Part shown: one piece after another, positions 24,540 through 35,233 of the stretch
Numbering within the stretch: the first letter of the stretch is position 1
How the letters are laid out: each line of letters opens with the position of its first letter
Origin: Nitrospiria bacterium
GTDB lineage: Bacteria; Nitrospirota; Nitrospiria; DASWJH01
Direction: 5' to 3'
Length of the DNA stretch: 64,000 nt
NCBI GenBank assembly: GCA_036397255.1
Contig: DASWJH010000046.1
Location: 5,020 to 69,019 of the forward strand
The notes under the pieces: model-generated
Databases searched by the model: none
What the model was told of the DNA's origin: nothing
What the model saw: the letters and a program-made list of their open reading frames with translations, nothing else
Made by a program: the position numbers and the translations under genes

Positions 24540-27500
24540 TTGCCAAAACGCACCGATATTCAAAAGATTTTGATAATTGGATCCGGCCCCATTGTCATTG
24601 GGCAGGGTTGTGAATTTGATTATTCAGGTACCCAAGCGTGCAAAGCCCTCCGGGAAGAAGGATATGAAATTATTTTGGTGAATAGCAATCCGGCAACCAT
24701 TATGACGGATCCTGAAACGGCCCACCGGACTTATGTGGAACCGATTAATGCGGTGGTTATTGAAAAAATTATCGAAGCCGAAAAACCCCATGCTCTTCTT
24801 CCCACAATGGGAGGGCAAACCGCTTTAAACATGGCGTTTCAACTTTCGGAACGGGGAATTTTGGATAAATACGGTGTAAAACTAATTGGTGCATCATATG
24901 AAGCCATTCAAAAAGCAGAAAACCGGGAAGCATTTAAAAATGCAATTATCCGTATCGGTTTAAAAATTCCAGAGAGCTGTTATGTTCGGCAAAAAGAAGA
25001 TGCCCAAGGTTTTTTGGAAAGGGTTGGTTTTCCTGTGATTATCCGTCCCTCCTTTACCCTGGGGGGCACCGGGGGAAGCATTGCCTATAATATTGAAGAA
25101 TTTCAGGAGTACTTGGACTTGGGGTTGGACCGAAGTCCCACCCATGAAGTTCTCATTGAACGGTCCGTATTGGGTTGGAAGGAGTTTGAATTAGAAGTTA
25201 TGCGGGATCTTAAAGATAATGTTGTGGTTATTTGTTCTATTGAAAACCTGGACCCCATGGGAATCCATACCGGAGACAGCATTACCGTTGCCCCTGCCCA
25301 AACCCTAACCGATAAAGAATATCAAATCATGCGGGACGCCGCTATTCGGGTGATTCGGGAAATAGGGGTGGAGACCGGGGGATCCAATATCCAATTTGCA
25401 GTCAACCCCGTCGATGGGGAAATGGTTGTCATTGAAATGAACCCCAGGGTATCCAGGAGTTCTGCCCTGGCTTCAAAAGCCACCGGTTTTCCCATTGCAA
25501 AAATCGCTGCCAAGCTTTCCGTGGGGTATACCCTGGATGAAATTCAAAATGACATTACCCAGGTTACCCCTTCTTGTTTTGAACCCATGCTTGATTATGT
25601 CGTTGTTAAAATTCCTCGTTTTACCTTTGAAAAATTCCCTGAAGCAGATTCGACACTGAATACCCAAATGAAATCCGTTGGAGAAGCCATGGCCATGGGC
25701 CATACCTTTAAAGAAGCATTCCAAAAGGCCTTACGGTCGCTGGAAATCGATTGTGATGGACTGACCCCAAAGCTCCGCCGAAAAAAAAACCGGGATGAAG
25801 GGGTTTCTGATATGGATCTAATCCGGGCGAAATTGGTAATCCCTAATTGGGAACGGATCTGGTATTTAGCGGATGGGATTCGGTTGGGAATTTCTCCGGA
25901 AGAAATCCACCAGCTTTCCCGTATTGACCCCTGGTTCATAAATCAAATCCATGAACTGATCAAATTTGAAGATGTTTTAAAAGCCAAGGGTTTGGAAGGT
26001 CACACTAGAAAAGAAGAACGTATAGCCCCCGATGATTTAAGAAGGGCAAAAAGGGATGGGTTTTCAGATCCAAGTTTGGGCAGTCTTCTCGGGCTATCCG
26101 AAAATGAAGTTCGGGATTTAAGATGGGAAAAGGGAATTGAACCTGTTTATAAACGGGTAGACACTTGTGCAGCAGAATTTGAAGCCTTTACACCTTATCT
26201 CTATTCAACCTATGAACAGGAATGTGAATCCAATCCTACCCATCGCAACAAGGTCATCATTCTGGGTGGGGGCCCCAATCGAATAGGGCAGGGGATTGAA
26301 TTCGATTATTGTTGTGTTCATGGCGCCATGGCCCTTCGAGAAGAAAATTGGGAAAGCATCATGGTGAACTGTAATCCCGAAACCGTGAGTACCGATTACG
26401 ATACATCTGATCGGTTGTATTTTGAACCCTTGACCATTGAAGATGTGATTCAGATCATTCGGGTTGAAAAACCTCAAGGAGTCGTTGTTCAATTTGGGGG
26501 ACAAACACCTCTCAAATTGGCTGTCCCTTTGGAGAAAATGGGAGTTTCGATTTTGGGAACATCTCCGGATTCCATTGATCGCGCCGAAGACCGTGAGCGG
26601 TTCAAAACCTTATTGGAGAAATTGAGATTAAAACAGCCTCAAAGCGGTTTAGCACGTTCCGTAAAAGAAGCCATCGACATTGCAAAGGAAATTCAATTCC
26701 CCATTCTGGTCAGGCCATCCTATGTATTAGGAGGCAGGGCCATGGAGATTGTGTACGATGAGGAAAACCTAAAGGACTACATGCGTTTTGCTGTTAAAGC
26801 CTCCCCTAATCATCCTATTTTAATAGATCGCTATTTAGAAGACGCCATTGAAATTGATGTCGATGCCCTTTGCGACGGGAAAAATGTTTTTATCGGTGGG
26901 ATTATGGAACATATTGAAGAAGCCGGGGTTCACTCAGGGGATAGCGCCTGTTCTCTTCCTCCCTATTCTCTTCTCCCCGGATTTGAAGAGGAACTGAGAC
27001 GACAGACCAAAGCCCTCGCCATTGAGCTAGAGGTTGTCGGCCTCATGAATGTTCAGTTTGCGATAAAAGAAAATGAGGTTTACGTCATCGAAGTCAATCC
27101 AAGAGCTTCCAGGACGGTTCCTTTTGTCAGTAAAGCCATTGGTATTCCCCTTGCTAAACTGGCCATGAAGGTCATGTTAGGACGTTCCCTTCACGATTTA
27201 GGTGTCCAGAAGAGCCCTCCGTTAAGAGGGTTTGCGGTTAAAGAAGCGGTTTTTCCTTTTTCCAGATTTATGGGGGTGGACCCCATCCTCGGCCCGGAAA
27301 TGAAATCCACAGGAGAGGTGATGGGTATAGGTCAAACGTTTGGAGAAGCCTTTGGCAAATCTCAAGCAGGAGCCAATGTGCTCCTTCCTGGAAGCGGAAA
27401 GGTTTTTATTAGTGTAAAAGACAAAGATAAACCCCAAGCCGCCCAAATTGGGACAAGGCTCCGGGGGATGGGTTTTCAAATTGAAGCCACACGGGGAACG

Positions 27501-27797
27501 GCGGATTTTCTACAGCGGCATGGGGTTGATTTGGAAAGTGTAAATAAGGTAAAAGAAGGGAGGCCCCATATTGTGGATCATATGAAGAATAATGAAATTG
27601 GTTTGGTCATTAATACCGTTGGGGATAAAACCTCCCAAAAGGATTCTTATTCAATTAGACGGACCGCTTTAAACCACAATATTCCCTACTTTACCACCAT
27701 GGCTGGGGCACGAGCTGCCATTGAGGGAATTGAAGACTTTTTGAAGAAAGGCATAACAATCCAAGCCATTCAAGATTATCATTCTGGAAAACCCTAA
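24540..27797 (+). CDS. carB: Carbamoyl-phosphate synthase large subunit
   Basis: Two ATP-grasp halves and an MGS-like C-terminal domain. The start codon is TTG (gatTTGccaaaacgc). The N-terminus is conserved: [22 protein letters not shown]. Confidence 0.9.
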   Translation: MPKRTDIQKILIIGSGPIVIGQGCEFDYSGTQACKALREEGYEIILVNSNPATIMTDPETAHRTYVEPINAVVIEKIIEAEKPHALLPTMGGQTALNMAFQLSERGILDKYGVKLIGASYEAIQKAENREAFKNAIIRIGLKIPESCYVRQKEDAQGFLERVGFPVIIRPSFTLGGTGGSIAYNIEEFQEYLDLGLDRSPTHEVLIERSVLGWKEFELEVMRDLKDNVVVICSIENLDPMGIHTGDSITVAPAQTLTDKEYQIMRDAAIRVIREIGVETGGSNIQFAVNPVDGEMVVIEMNPRVSRSSALASKATGFPIAKIAAKLSVGYTLDEIQNDITQVTPSCFEPMLDYVVVKIPRFTFEKFPEADSTLNTQMKSVGEAMAMGHTFKEAFQKALRSLEIDCDGLTPKLRRKKNRDEGVSDMDLIRAKLVIPNWERIWYLADGIRLGISPEEIHQLSRIDPWFINQIHELIKFEDVLKAKGLEGHTRKEERIAPDDLRRAKRDGFSDPSLGSLLGLSENEVRDLRWEKGIEPVYKRVDTCAAEFEAFTPYLYSTYEQECESNPTHRNKVIILGGGPNRIGQGIEFDYCCVHGAMALREENWESIMVNCNPETVSTDYDTSDRLYFEPLTIEDVIQIIRVEKPQGVVVQFGGQTPLKLAVPLEKMGVSILGTSPDSIDRAEDRERFKTLLEKLRLKQPQSGLARSVKEAIDIAKEIQFPILVRPSYVLGGRAMEIVYDEENLKDYMRFAVKASPNHPILIDRYLEDAIEIDVDALCDGKNVFIGGIMEHIEEAGVHSGDSACSLPPYSLLPGFEEELRRQTKALAIELEVVGLMNVQFAIKENEVYVIEVNPRASRTVPFVSKAIGIPLAKLAMKVMLGRSLHDLGVQKSPPLRGFAVKEAVFPFSRFMGVDPILGPEMKSTGEVMGIGQTFGEAFGKSQAGANVLLPGSGKVFISVKDKDKPQAAQIGTRLRGMGFQIEATRGTADFLQRHGVDLESVNKVKEGRPHIVDHMKNNEIGLVINTVGDKTSQKDSYSIRRTALNHNIPYFTTMAGARAAIEGIEDFLKKGITIQAIQDYHSGKP

Positions 27798-27864
27798 AAT
27801 CATCTTGAAAAAAAATGTGATTTTGAAAGTGAGGGTTTTCCATTTTTTTTAGAGGGAGGATGTC

Positions 27865-28341
27865 GTGAAAATCCCAATTACCAAAAATGGGTATGAACAG
27901 TTATTAAAAGATTTGGAAAGACTTAAACGGGTGGAACGTCCAAAAGTCATCGAGGCCATTGCAGAGGCTAGGGCCCATGGCGACCTTTCTGAAAATGCAG
28001 AATATGCGGCGGCCAAGGAACGACAATCATTCGTTGAAGGAAAAATTCAAAATCTTGAGAATAAAATATCGGAGGCTCAAATCATTGACACAAAAAATCT
28101 CTCAAATGAAAAAGTGGTTTTTGGTACCACCGTTGTTCTCAAGAATACCGAAACCGATGAAAAAAAGCGTTTTACTTTGGTAGGCCAAGAGGAGGCTGAT
28201 ATCAAAAAAGGGGAAATTTCAGTCCAATCTCCCGTTGGAAAAGCCCTGATAGGACACAAGGTGGGAGATTGGGTAACCATTGTTACCCCCTCTAAAACCG
28301 TGGAATATGAAATCCTTGAAATTGGGTTTGACAGGTCCTAA
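27865..28341 (+). CDS. greA: Transcription elongation factor GreA
   Basis: Coiled-coil N-terminus and an FKBP-like C-terminal domain. The motif GDLSENAEYAAAKERQ is present. Confidence 0.9.
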   Translation: MKIPITKNGYEQLLKDLERLKRVERPKVIEAIAEARAHGDLSENAEYAAAKERQSFVEGKIQNLENKISEAQIIDTKNLSNEKVVFGTTVVLKNTETDEKKRFTLVGQEEADIKKGEISVQSPVGKALIGHKVGDWVTIVTPSKTVEYEILEIGFDRS

Positions 28342-29149
28342 AATACAACAACCTGTTCCCCTTATTACCCTCACCACCGACTTTGGAACAGACGGAATTT
28401 TTGTGGGGTGTATGAAGGGGGTAATCTATGGAATTAACCCAAAGGTTAATATTGTTGATATAACCCACTCTATTGCTTCCTATGATAGGGTTGAAGCGGC
28501 ATTTCTAGTTAAATCTTTCTCTGGGGATTTTCCCTCCTCCTCCATTCATATCGTTGTTGTAGACCCGGGAGTAGGAAGCGCCAGGAAACCCTTACTTATT
28601 CAGACGGTTCATGGTCTATATCTAGGTCCCGACAATGGGGTTTTTACTCCCATCCTGATGGAGGGGAAGCCGAGGGTCCGGGAAATTACCCAAAAACGGT
28701 ATTTTCGCCCTGCAATTGGGGCAACCTTTCACGGAAGGGACCTTTTTGCCCCCGTAGCGGCATGGCTTTCAAAAGGTGTCCCCCCCCAGCAAATGGGTCC
28801 AATCTACCCAAATCCCATGACCATTTCCATTCCGAAACCAGAAAGGATTCGATCCAATCGTATTAAAGGGATTGTAATGTATATTGATCATTTTGGAAAT
28901 CTAATCACAAATATAACATGGAAAAATCTGGAACAATTGGTTGGTTCCAATGTTTTTGAAAAAATCCATGTAAAACTCTCTGGAAGAGATTATGGTGTTT
29001 TAAAAAAAAACTATTCAGAGACACCGGAAGGTAAAGTAGGGGCTCTAATGAATAGTTTTGGAGAATTGGAGGTATTTTGCTACAAGGGCAATGCCCAAAA
29101 ACGGTTACGATTGAAAAAGGGGTCTTCGGTTGAGGTATTCAGGGTTTAA
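28307..29149 (+). CDS. SAM hydroxide adenosyltransferase / SAM-dependent chlorinase-fluorinase family protein (DUF62)
   Basis: Motifs ITLTTDFGTDG, VVDPGVGS and DHFGNLITN are present. The start is ambiguous: ATG at 28307 (overlaps the greA 3' end by 35 nt) or TTG at 28328. Confidence 0.75.
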   Translation: MKSLKLGLTGPKIQQPVPLITLTTDFGTDGIFVGCMKGVIYGINPKVNIVDITHSIASYDRVEAAFLVKSFSGDFPSSSIHIVVVDPGVGSARKPLLIQTVHGLYLGPDNGVFTPILMEGKPRVREITQKRYFRPAIGATFHGRDLFAPVAAWLSKGVPPQQMGPIYPNPMTISIPKPERIRSNRIKGIVMYIDHFGNLITNITWKNLEQLVGSNVFEKIHVKLSGRDYGVLKKNYSETPEGKVGALMNSFGELEVFCYKGNAQKRLRLKKGSSVEVFRV

Positions 29150-29553
29150 AAAAAAAGTTTTCCTAAATTAAAAGAGGTTTTAATTACCATCTTTTGGACA
29201 AATTTTTATTTTCTTTAGATTTTCCGATAAAAATACCCTTGCCTAAGGAAGAAACCCCTATGTTTGAAACCTTTCAATTCCTCCCGATTTTCGAATCGCT
29301 TAGCACCCACCCCTTCTATTGAATCATTTCTTAAAGGAAGAAAGCGGTCTTTTAGAGCCTCCCATCACTTCATTGGAATCCAAGCCTGAAGGCATGTGGA
29401 GCGTTCTAATTTAACAGAATCAGGAATCCATCCCCATTTTATTAGCATTTGCCCAATGGTTAAAATAACTTGGTGGTTTTTTGTTTTCAGGCTAAACTTG
29501 AATAAAGGAAAGAGCCATTCTTTTGTTCGATTAAATTATTCTAGAGGTAAAAC

Positions 29554-30444
29554 ATGGTTGTTTTGGATCGAAAATCCTTATATTCGTTTTTTTTAATATT
29601 AATGGTTTTTGGGCATTTTTTTGAGGATTCGGTTAGGGGAGAAACCCTTAAAATTCATTTGACAGCATTGGATAAAACCGTAAAGGTTGCAAAAGGAGAA
29701 TCTTATAAAGCCTGGACTTTTGAGGGGTTTATTCCCGGGCCAGTGATCCGGGTCAAAGAGGGGGATGAGATTGATTTTATTTTTGAAAATAAGGGTTCTA
29801 TCGCCCATTCAATTGTTTTACATGGAGTGATAACGCCTCCCGATCAAAATTTTAGAAGTGTGGGGCCAAAGGAATCGGTTTCCTTTACCTGGAAAGCCGA
29901 ATTTCCGGGCGTATTTTTATACCATTGTGGAACCTCACCCACATTCCAACACCTTGCCAATGGGATGTATGGTGCTCTGATTGTAGATCCCACAGAGCCC
30001 AGGGAAAATGCAAGAGAAATTGTTTTAGTACAAAGTGAATTTTATTCCTCCCCCCGGAATGTTCACGGAATGCTGAATGGCGAAGCCCGGTTTGTCGTTT
30101 TTAATGGGTATATGAATAAATATGTAGAAACCCCGATAGAAGCGCAACCCGGGGAGCTTATACGGTGGTATGTTCTAAATGCAGGCCCAAACTTTTTCTC
30201 TTCCTTTAATTTGGTGGGGGGGATGTTTTTAAAGGTTTTTGAGAATGGGAACCCCAAACACATAAAAGAAAATGTTCCCCTTTGGACCCTTCCCCCAGGA
30301 GGGGGAGCCATTTTTGAAACACGTTTAAAAGAGGAGGGTGTCTATTCTTTCAAAACCCACGCTTTGGCTGATTCATATCGGGGGGGGATAGGTTTTATTC
30401 GAATTTCAAAAGAAGCAGGTCCCCCTGGGGCCCTTATGCCCTGA
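29554..30444 (+). CDS. NirK-family two-domain cupredoxin protein (copper nitrite reductase-like); function uncertain
   Basis: The alignment to A. faecalis NirK (from memory) is clear. [23 protein letters not shown] matches [30 protein letters not shown] matches [31 protein letters not shown] matches [35 protein letters not shown] matches YAYLNHNLIEA. T1Cu ligands (H, C, H, M) and T2Cu ligands (H, H, H) are conserved, but catalytic Asp98 is replaced by Leu and His255 by Asn. The N-terminus is a TM helix or signal peptide. Confidence 0.6.
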   Translation: [296 protein letters not shown]

Positions 30445-32191
30445 AATAAGGAGTATTTCTTATCTTTAAGGTCCTGATTCGATTAAGCGCCTGGGAGAAT
30501 TCCATTTTTCGGGGAAGGGCATAGTCTCCCCGCTGAAAGGGAGTTAACATATCAAAGCTTTTGGTGTTCAACTCATCAAACATTCTTTGAATTCCCTCCT
30601 TAATAGGTAAATCTTCATTTCCAAAATGTCTTATAAAATAAAAAATCATATCGGCGATTGCCTTGGTTTGTCCTGTTTCAACCAATTGTTCCAAGTGGGT
30701 TAAATCGAGAATGCGGTTTCCAATCCGAAGGGTTTTCAATCCCATCACTTTAATTTTACCTTTTTCTTTTACGTCTCTTCCCAATAGGCTTTCCAATAGG
30801 GGAACCCGGGGTTGAAATACACCAAAAATTTCCCCTCCTTCAGGCTTTCGTGGATGGGAACGTTGTTTGACAATTTCCTTAGACTTTTTTGTTACGTCTT
30901 TTGGGCTGTAATGGTCCATCATGATAACCTGATCTGCCACGGAAAAATAATCTCCCGATCCTCCAGAAATAAGAATGGTTGAGACCCCATGGTCACGGAA
31001 AAGGAGACGGACTTTGTCCAAAAATGGTGTGATGGGCTCTTTTTCTTTGGGAACCAACGACTGCATCCATTCATCCCGAACCATAAAATTGGTGGCACAG
31101 GTATCTTCATCCATAAGAAGGAGCGAAGTACCGATTTCGAGGCTTTCCATAATATTGGCTGCCTGAGAGGTACTGCCACTGGCATTTTCGGTTGAGAATG
31201 ACTCGGAAGGCTGACCGAAGGGGAGGCGGTTGATAAATGGAGAAAGGTTTACCTTAATAATAGATCTTCCTTCTTCTGCTCGGATTTTTATGGCATCTTC
31301 GACGGATACAATATTTTCCCGACCATCTCCTGGAATATGGTTATAAACACCTCTTTCAAGGGCCCTCAGGAGGGTAGATTTTCCATGAAAACCTCCTCCC
31401 ACGATTAAAGTAATGCCTTTGGGAATTCCCATTCCTTTTATAGGTCCTTTATTTGGACGAATTAATTCAATTTCCTTCTCGGGGGGCGAGTTGAAGAAAA
31501 TAATATTTCGGCTAACATCCAAAGGACGATCATCAATACCAGACCTTCTCGGTAAAAGGGATCCTTTTGCCACAAAGGCAACCAGGCCATTGGGTAATAA
31601 CTGGTTGCGTAAGGCATCGGAATCATCCCCCGTTTCAACATGGTCCAAACATTCGACTTGATTGAGGCTTTCATAAAAAAGAGAGGCATAAGCCATTCGG
31701 GGAATTTCCTCCAAAAAAATTCTAATGGCTTCATCCCCAAGAATTTTTCGACCTGAGGCTGGAAGCCTAACAAAAAACCGTACCTCTAAACGATCTATAG
31801 AAATGTTTACGGCTGATCTCTTTAATATTTCCTGACCCCCTGATTCAATGGCAATGGTGTGACCCCCAAAGGTCTCACGGGTCTGTGTAGGAGGAAGGTG
31901 AATTGATTTTGAAAATTGCCTGCCAATATAATCTTCCAAAGCGGTTTGTCTTGAAGCATTTCTAAAAAGAGTTAGGGGAAAACCTGCAACCCTTTGAGAG
32001 ACTATGATGCGGATTCTTGAAGGTGCGGCGAATGGATCCGCCTGTACATGGTCAATGATCAGGGAATACCGTGTAAATTGATAATCTCCTTTAATTTTTT
32101 TAAAGGCTTTATATCCTTTTCCATCAATTTGTTCTAAAATGAATTTCAAGTCCGTTGGCAGCTTCAAAGGACACCTTATTTGAGATGACAC
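30434..32191 (-). CDS. Predicted ATPase of the ABC class (COG3044 / PF09818-like), stand-alone
   Basis: Walker A GGFHGKSTLLRAL and Walker B LLLMDEDTCATNF in a 585-aa soluble protein with no transporter partner nearby. Confidence 0.55.
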   Translation of the reverse strand: MSSQIRCPLKLPTDLKFILEQIDGKGYKAFKKIKGDYQFTRYSLIIDHVQADPFAAPSRIRIIVSQRVAGFPLTLFRNASRQTALEDYIGRQFSKSIHLPPTQTRETFGGHTIAIESGGQEILKRSAVNISIDRLEVRFFVRLPASGRKILGDEAIRIFLEEIPRMAYASLFYESLNQVECLDHVETGDDSDALRNQLLPNGLVAFVAKGSLLPRRSGIDDRPLDVSRNIIFFNSPPEKEIELIRPNKGPIKGMGIPKGITLIVGGGFHGKSTLLRALERGVYNHIPGDGRENIVSVEDAIKIRAEEGRSIIKVNLSPFINRLPFGQPSESFSTENASGSTSQAANIMESLEIGTSLLLMDEDTCATNFMVRDEWMQSLVPKEKEPITPFLDKVRLLFRDHGVSTILISGGSGDYFSVADQVIMMDHYSPKDVTKKSKEIVKQRSHPRKPEGGEIFGVFQPRVPLLESLLGRDVKEKGKIKVMGLKTLRIGNRILDLTHLEQLVETGQTKAIADMIFYFIRHFGNEDLPIKEGIQRMFDELNTKSFDMLTPFQRGDYALPRKMEFSQALNRIRTLKIRNTPYFRA

Positions 32192-32360
32192 CGAATTATA
32201 GTGCCTCCCATCACAAGGGTCAATGAGGGATCGGGTGGGCTTGACAGGTGATGGAATTTTTCATAAGATGGTGAAGCTCAATAAAATCACCTTCAGTTTT
32301 TCCCAACAAACCGTGAAGGCTGGAAATAAGCGATAATGAATCCTGTTCCATACCGGATCT

Positions 32361-33143
32361 ATGCCTTATAAAATTCGGATACCCACAAAAAAAAATAATA
32401 CTGAAACGATCAAAGTCGCCCACCTTTCGGAACGTCTTCTAGATTGGTATGAAGACAACCAAAAGAATATCTTCTGGACGGTTATTGTGGTTTTAGTTCT
32501 GGGAGTGGGGGCTGGCATTTGGTGGTATTATGATAAAAGTGCCCATCGGAAGGCCTTAATCCTTCAATATGAAGCCTCCAAATCGCTCCAGGATGCCCAG
32601 TTATATGAAGGGGACGAGAATGCTACGAGGGAAGCTTACCAATCCGGGATCACTAAATATAAGGACCTCATCCGTCAATTTCCTCGAACGCCCAGTTCGG
32701 CGGTAGCCCGTTATAGGATGGGAAACAGTTATGTGGCCATGGGAGAGTTTGAACAGGGAATTCAGGCCTACCGGGAATTTTTAAACAGGTACGGAAAAAC
32801 CCACAAAATCTCTCCAATGGTTATTCAGAAGCTGGGTTATGTTTACCTTGAAAGGAATGAATTGAATGAGGCTGAAAAGCAATTTAAAGAGGTATCGGAA
32901 TTGGAGGGGGCCAATAGCCGTGATCAATCCCTTTTTGAATTGGCTGGAATTTACGAAAAAATGGGACAAAAGGAAAAAGCCACTTCAATCTACAAACACA
33001 TTTCTGATCAATTCTCTACTTCCCCCATTGCCAGTGAAGCCCTGGCCCGCTTAAAGGGTCTTGAACCCGAACAAAAACCTGGGGAGCAGAACTTAAAACC
33101 TGACGCCAACGAGCCTTCTTCTCCCTCTTCCGAAGAGAAATAA
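32361..33143 (+). CDS. YfgM-like single-pass TPR protein (UPF0070)
   Basis: N-terminal cytoplasmic segment, one TM helix (IFWTVIVVLVLGVGAGIWWYY) and a periplasmic TPR-like helical domain. Confidence 0.5.
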   Translation: MPYKIRIPTKKNNTETIKVAHLSERLLDWYEDNQKNIFWTVIVVLVLGVGAGIWWYYDKSAHRKALILQYEASKSLQDAQLYEGDENATREAYQSGITKYKDLIRQFPRTPSSAVARYRMGNSYVAMGEFEQGIQAYREFLNRYGKTHKISPMVIQKLGYVYLERNELNEAEKQFKEVSELEGANSRDQSLFELAGIYEKMGQKEKATSIYKHISDQFSTSPIASEALARLKGLEPEQKPGEQNLKPDANEPSSPSSEEK

Positions 33144-33279
33144 CCTTTCCAATTCAAAACACATAAACGTTTTTTTTTAAAGAAAAGCGTTCAATGCAAT
33201 GAGCAGGACTCTTTCATTTCCTACAGGTATTTCCAGAGGGATCAAAGGGGCAGGAAGAGGGTGGGAGGTGGTTCTAGAA

Positions 33280-34818
33280 TTACAGGTTTCCTCTATCCAA
33301 AACCAGGACCAGTCGTTTTCCGGGATAGATTCGGTTTGATTTAAGTTTATTCCAATTTTTTAAGGTCTTAATGCTGACATTATATTTTTGTGAAATCTTC
33401 CATAAAGAATCCCCCCGTTTTACACGGTAATAAATCTTCCGGTTATTTTGTTTGTTTTTAGAGGAACTCTTGATTTCGTAGTTGGAGTCAAGATCCACAT
33501 ATTTATTTGCAAGGGGAACGACTAAATATTCACCTTCGCGAAGGCGGGTTCTCCTTCCCATCGTGTTGAGCTCTTGAAGGTTCGAAATGGTGGTTCCATA
33601 TTGACGGGCCAATCCCCAAAGCGTCTGACCCCTTTGAACCTCATGTCGAAAAGCCAATGTTCTTTGATCTTCCGGAATTTTATTGAAGTTTTCAAGAAAG
33701 GTTTCCCGGGATCCTTCAGGAAGTTTTACTTTATAATCCTTATAATTTGGAGGAGTAATGGTGGTTTTTAATTCAGGGTTTAAAAGTTTCATTTCTTTAT
33801 AGCTGACACCAATGGCTTTGGCCATCAGGCGAAGGTCGGTGGGCCGATCCACGGTAACCTCATCGTATTTCAAAGGCTCATGGTAATCGATATTAAACCC
33901 GTAGTGTTCTGGGTTTTTTGCAATGATGGTTGCGGCCATGAATTTGGGAACATAATCTCGCGTTTCTTTCTTAATAAATTTCGTGGATTTTAGATCCCAA
34001 AAATCTTCTCCTTTGGCCTTAATCAATGCCCGTTTTACTCTGCCTTCCCCTGCATTGTAAGAGGCCAGCGCCAACGGCCAAGAACCAAACATATCATACA
34101 GATCTTTTAGATAACGGGAAGCAGCATGGGTGGACTTTACCGGATCTCTTCTTTCGTCAATCCAAGCGTTAATCCGAAGGCCATAATTACGGCCAGTCCC
34201 CTTGATAAATTGCCATGGGCCAGCAGCCCGGGATCTTGAGTAGGCGTAAGGGTTAAAGCCGCTTTCGATCAAGGCTACAAAAACCAGGTCTTCAGGTAAA
34301 CCATTATTTTTAAAAATTTCTTTCATGAGGCCAAGGTAACGTCCTGAGCGGTTTAAATATTCCTCAAAACGGTCCCGAATTCGGACCTGAAAATACCCTA
34401 TATAAGCCTCCACGCTCTCATTAATAACAATGGGAACATCATAGGTTGGTTCATCCAGGACGAGTTCCTCTTCCTCTTCTTCTAATGGAAGTTCGATGAT
34501 GGGGAACAGAGGAGAAAGGGGGTGGTCTCGGGAGGATTTTTTTTCGGTATTTGGGTAGCTTTCATTAAAAAGGAATTTTTCTGAGGCTTGTTCCTGGGAA
34601 GGAAAGGGACTTTCCTCTGAAACCTGATTGGAATAAGTAGAATCGGCTGTTTGGTGTTGAAGTGTTGAAGGTGTAGTCGCACAAGATATTAAAAAAAGGA
34701 GTGCAAAAGATATGGGGATAATAATTTGGAGGCTTTTTCTTTCATTTTTATTCTTCATTGTTTTTTCCGGAGATTTCTTTTTGAATTGAAAAACTGGGTT
34801 TTGTATATTCAGACTCAA
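33280..34818 (-). CDS. mltD: Membrane-bound lytic murein transglycosylase D-like protein (SLT domain + 2 LysM)
   Basis: SLT catalytic region (IESGFNPYAYSRSRAAGPWQF) and two C-terminal LysM motifs (VQRGQTLWGLARQYGTTISNLQELN and VKRGDSLWKISQKYNVSIKTLKNWN). Confidence 0.8.
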   Translation of the reverse strand: MSLNIQNPVFQFKKKSPEKTMKNKNERKSLQIIIPISFALLFLISCATTPSTLQHQTADSTYSNQVSEESPFPSQEQASEKFLFNESYPNTEKKSSRDHPLSPLFPIIELPLEEEEEELVLDEPTYDVPIVINESVEAYIGYFQVRIRDRFEEYLNRSGRYLGLMKEIFKNNGLPEDLVFVALIESGFNPYAYSRSRAAGPWQFIKGTGRNYGLRINAWIDERRDPVKSTHAASRYLKDLYDMFGSWPLALASYNAGEGRVKRALIKAKGEDFWDLKSTKFIKKETRDYVPKFMAATIIAKNPEHYGFNIDYHEPLKYDEVTVDRPTDLRLMAKAIGVSYKEMKLLNPELKTTITPPNYKDYKVKLPEGSRETFLENFNKIPEDQRTLAFRHEVQRGQTLWGLARQYGTTISNLQELNTMGRRTRLREGEYLVVPLANKYVDLDSNYEIKSSSKNKQNNRKIYYRVKRGDSLWKISQKYNVSIKTLKNWNKLKSNRIYPGKRLVLVLDRGNL

Positions 34819-35233
34819 AAGGCTTCTCTTAAGTCATGAGGAAAAATTACCTTTCTCAATTTCTTGTTAATATTATCTTATCGTGCGGAAATGTCAATCT
34901 TAAGGGAATATTTTAGTCAGGGGCTGACAATCTTGAACAAAATTTCCTTAAAACATTAATTTTTTAAAGGTTCAGGTTTTTTCCTGATGGAAGGGTCTCC
35001 AGAGGTTTGAAGACGGAGTTTTTTTGGTTTTCCCCAAAAGGCCATAAAAAAAATTGCATCTTCCAGGGTTTTTTTTGCACTAAAGAGGTGATCCCAAAGG
35101 CTATTTGGAATTTTTTCTTCTGTGATGTTAAACCCCTGAGGGTGGATGGCCTATTCCCATTATTATTTTTCTTTGACAACAAAACCGGGAATTCATATAA
35201 TCAGTAAGTTTAAGATAACAAAGAGGAAATTAG

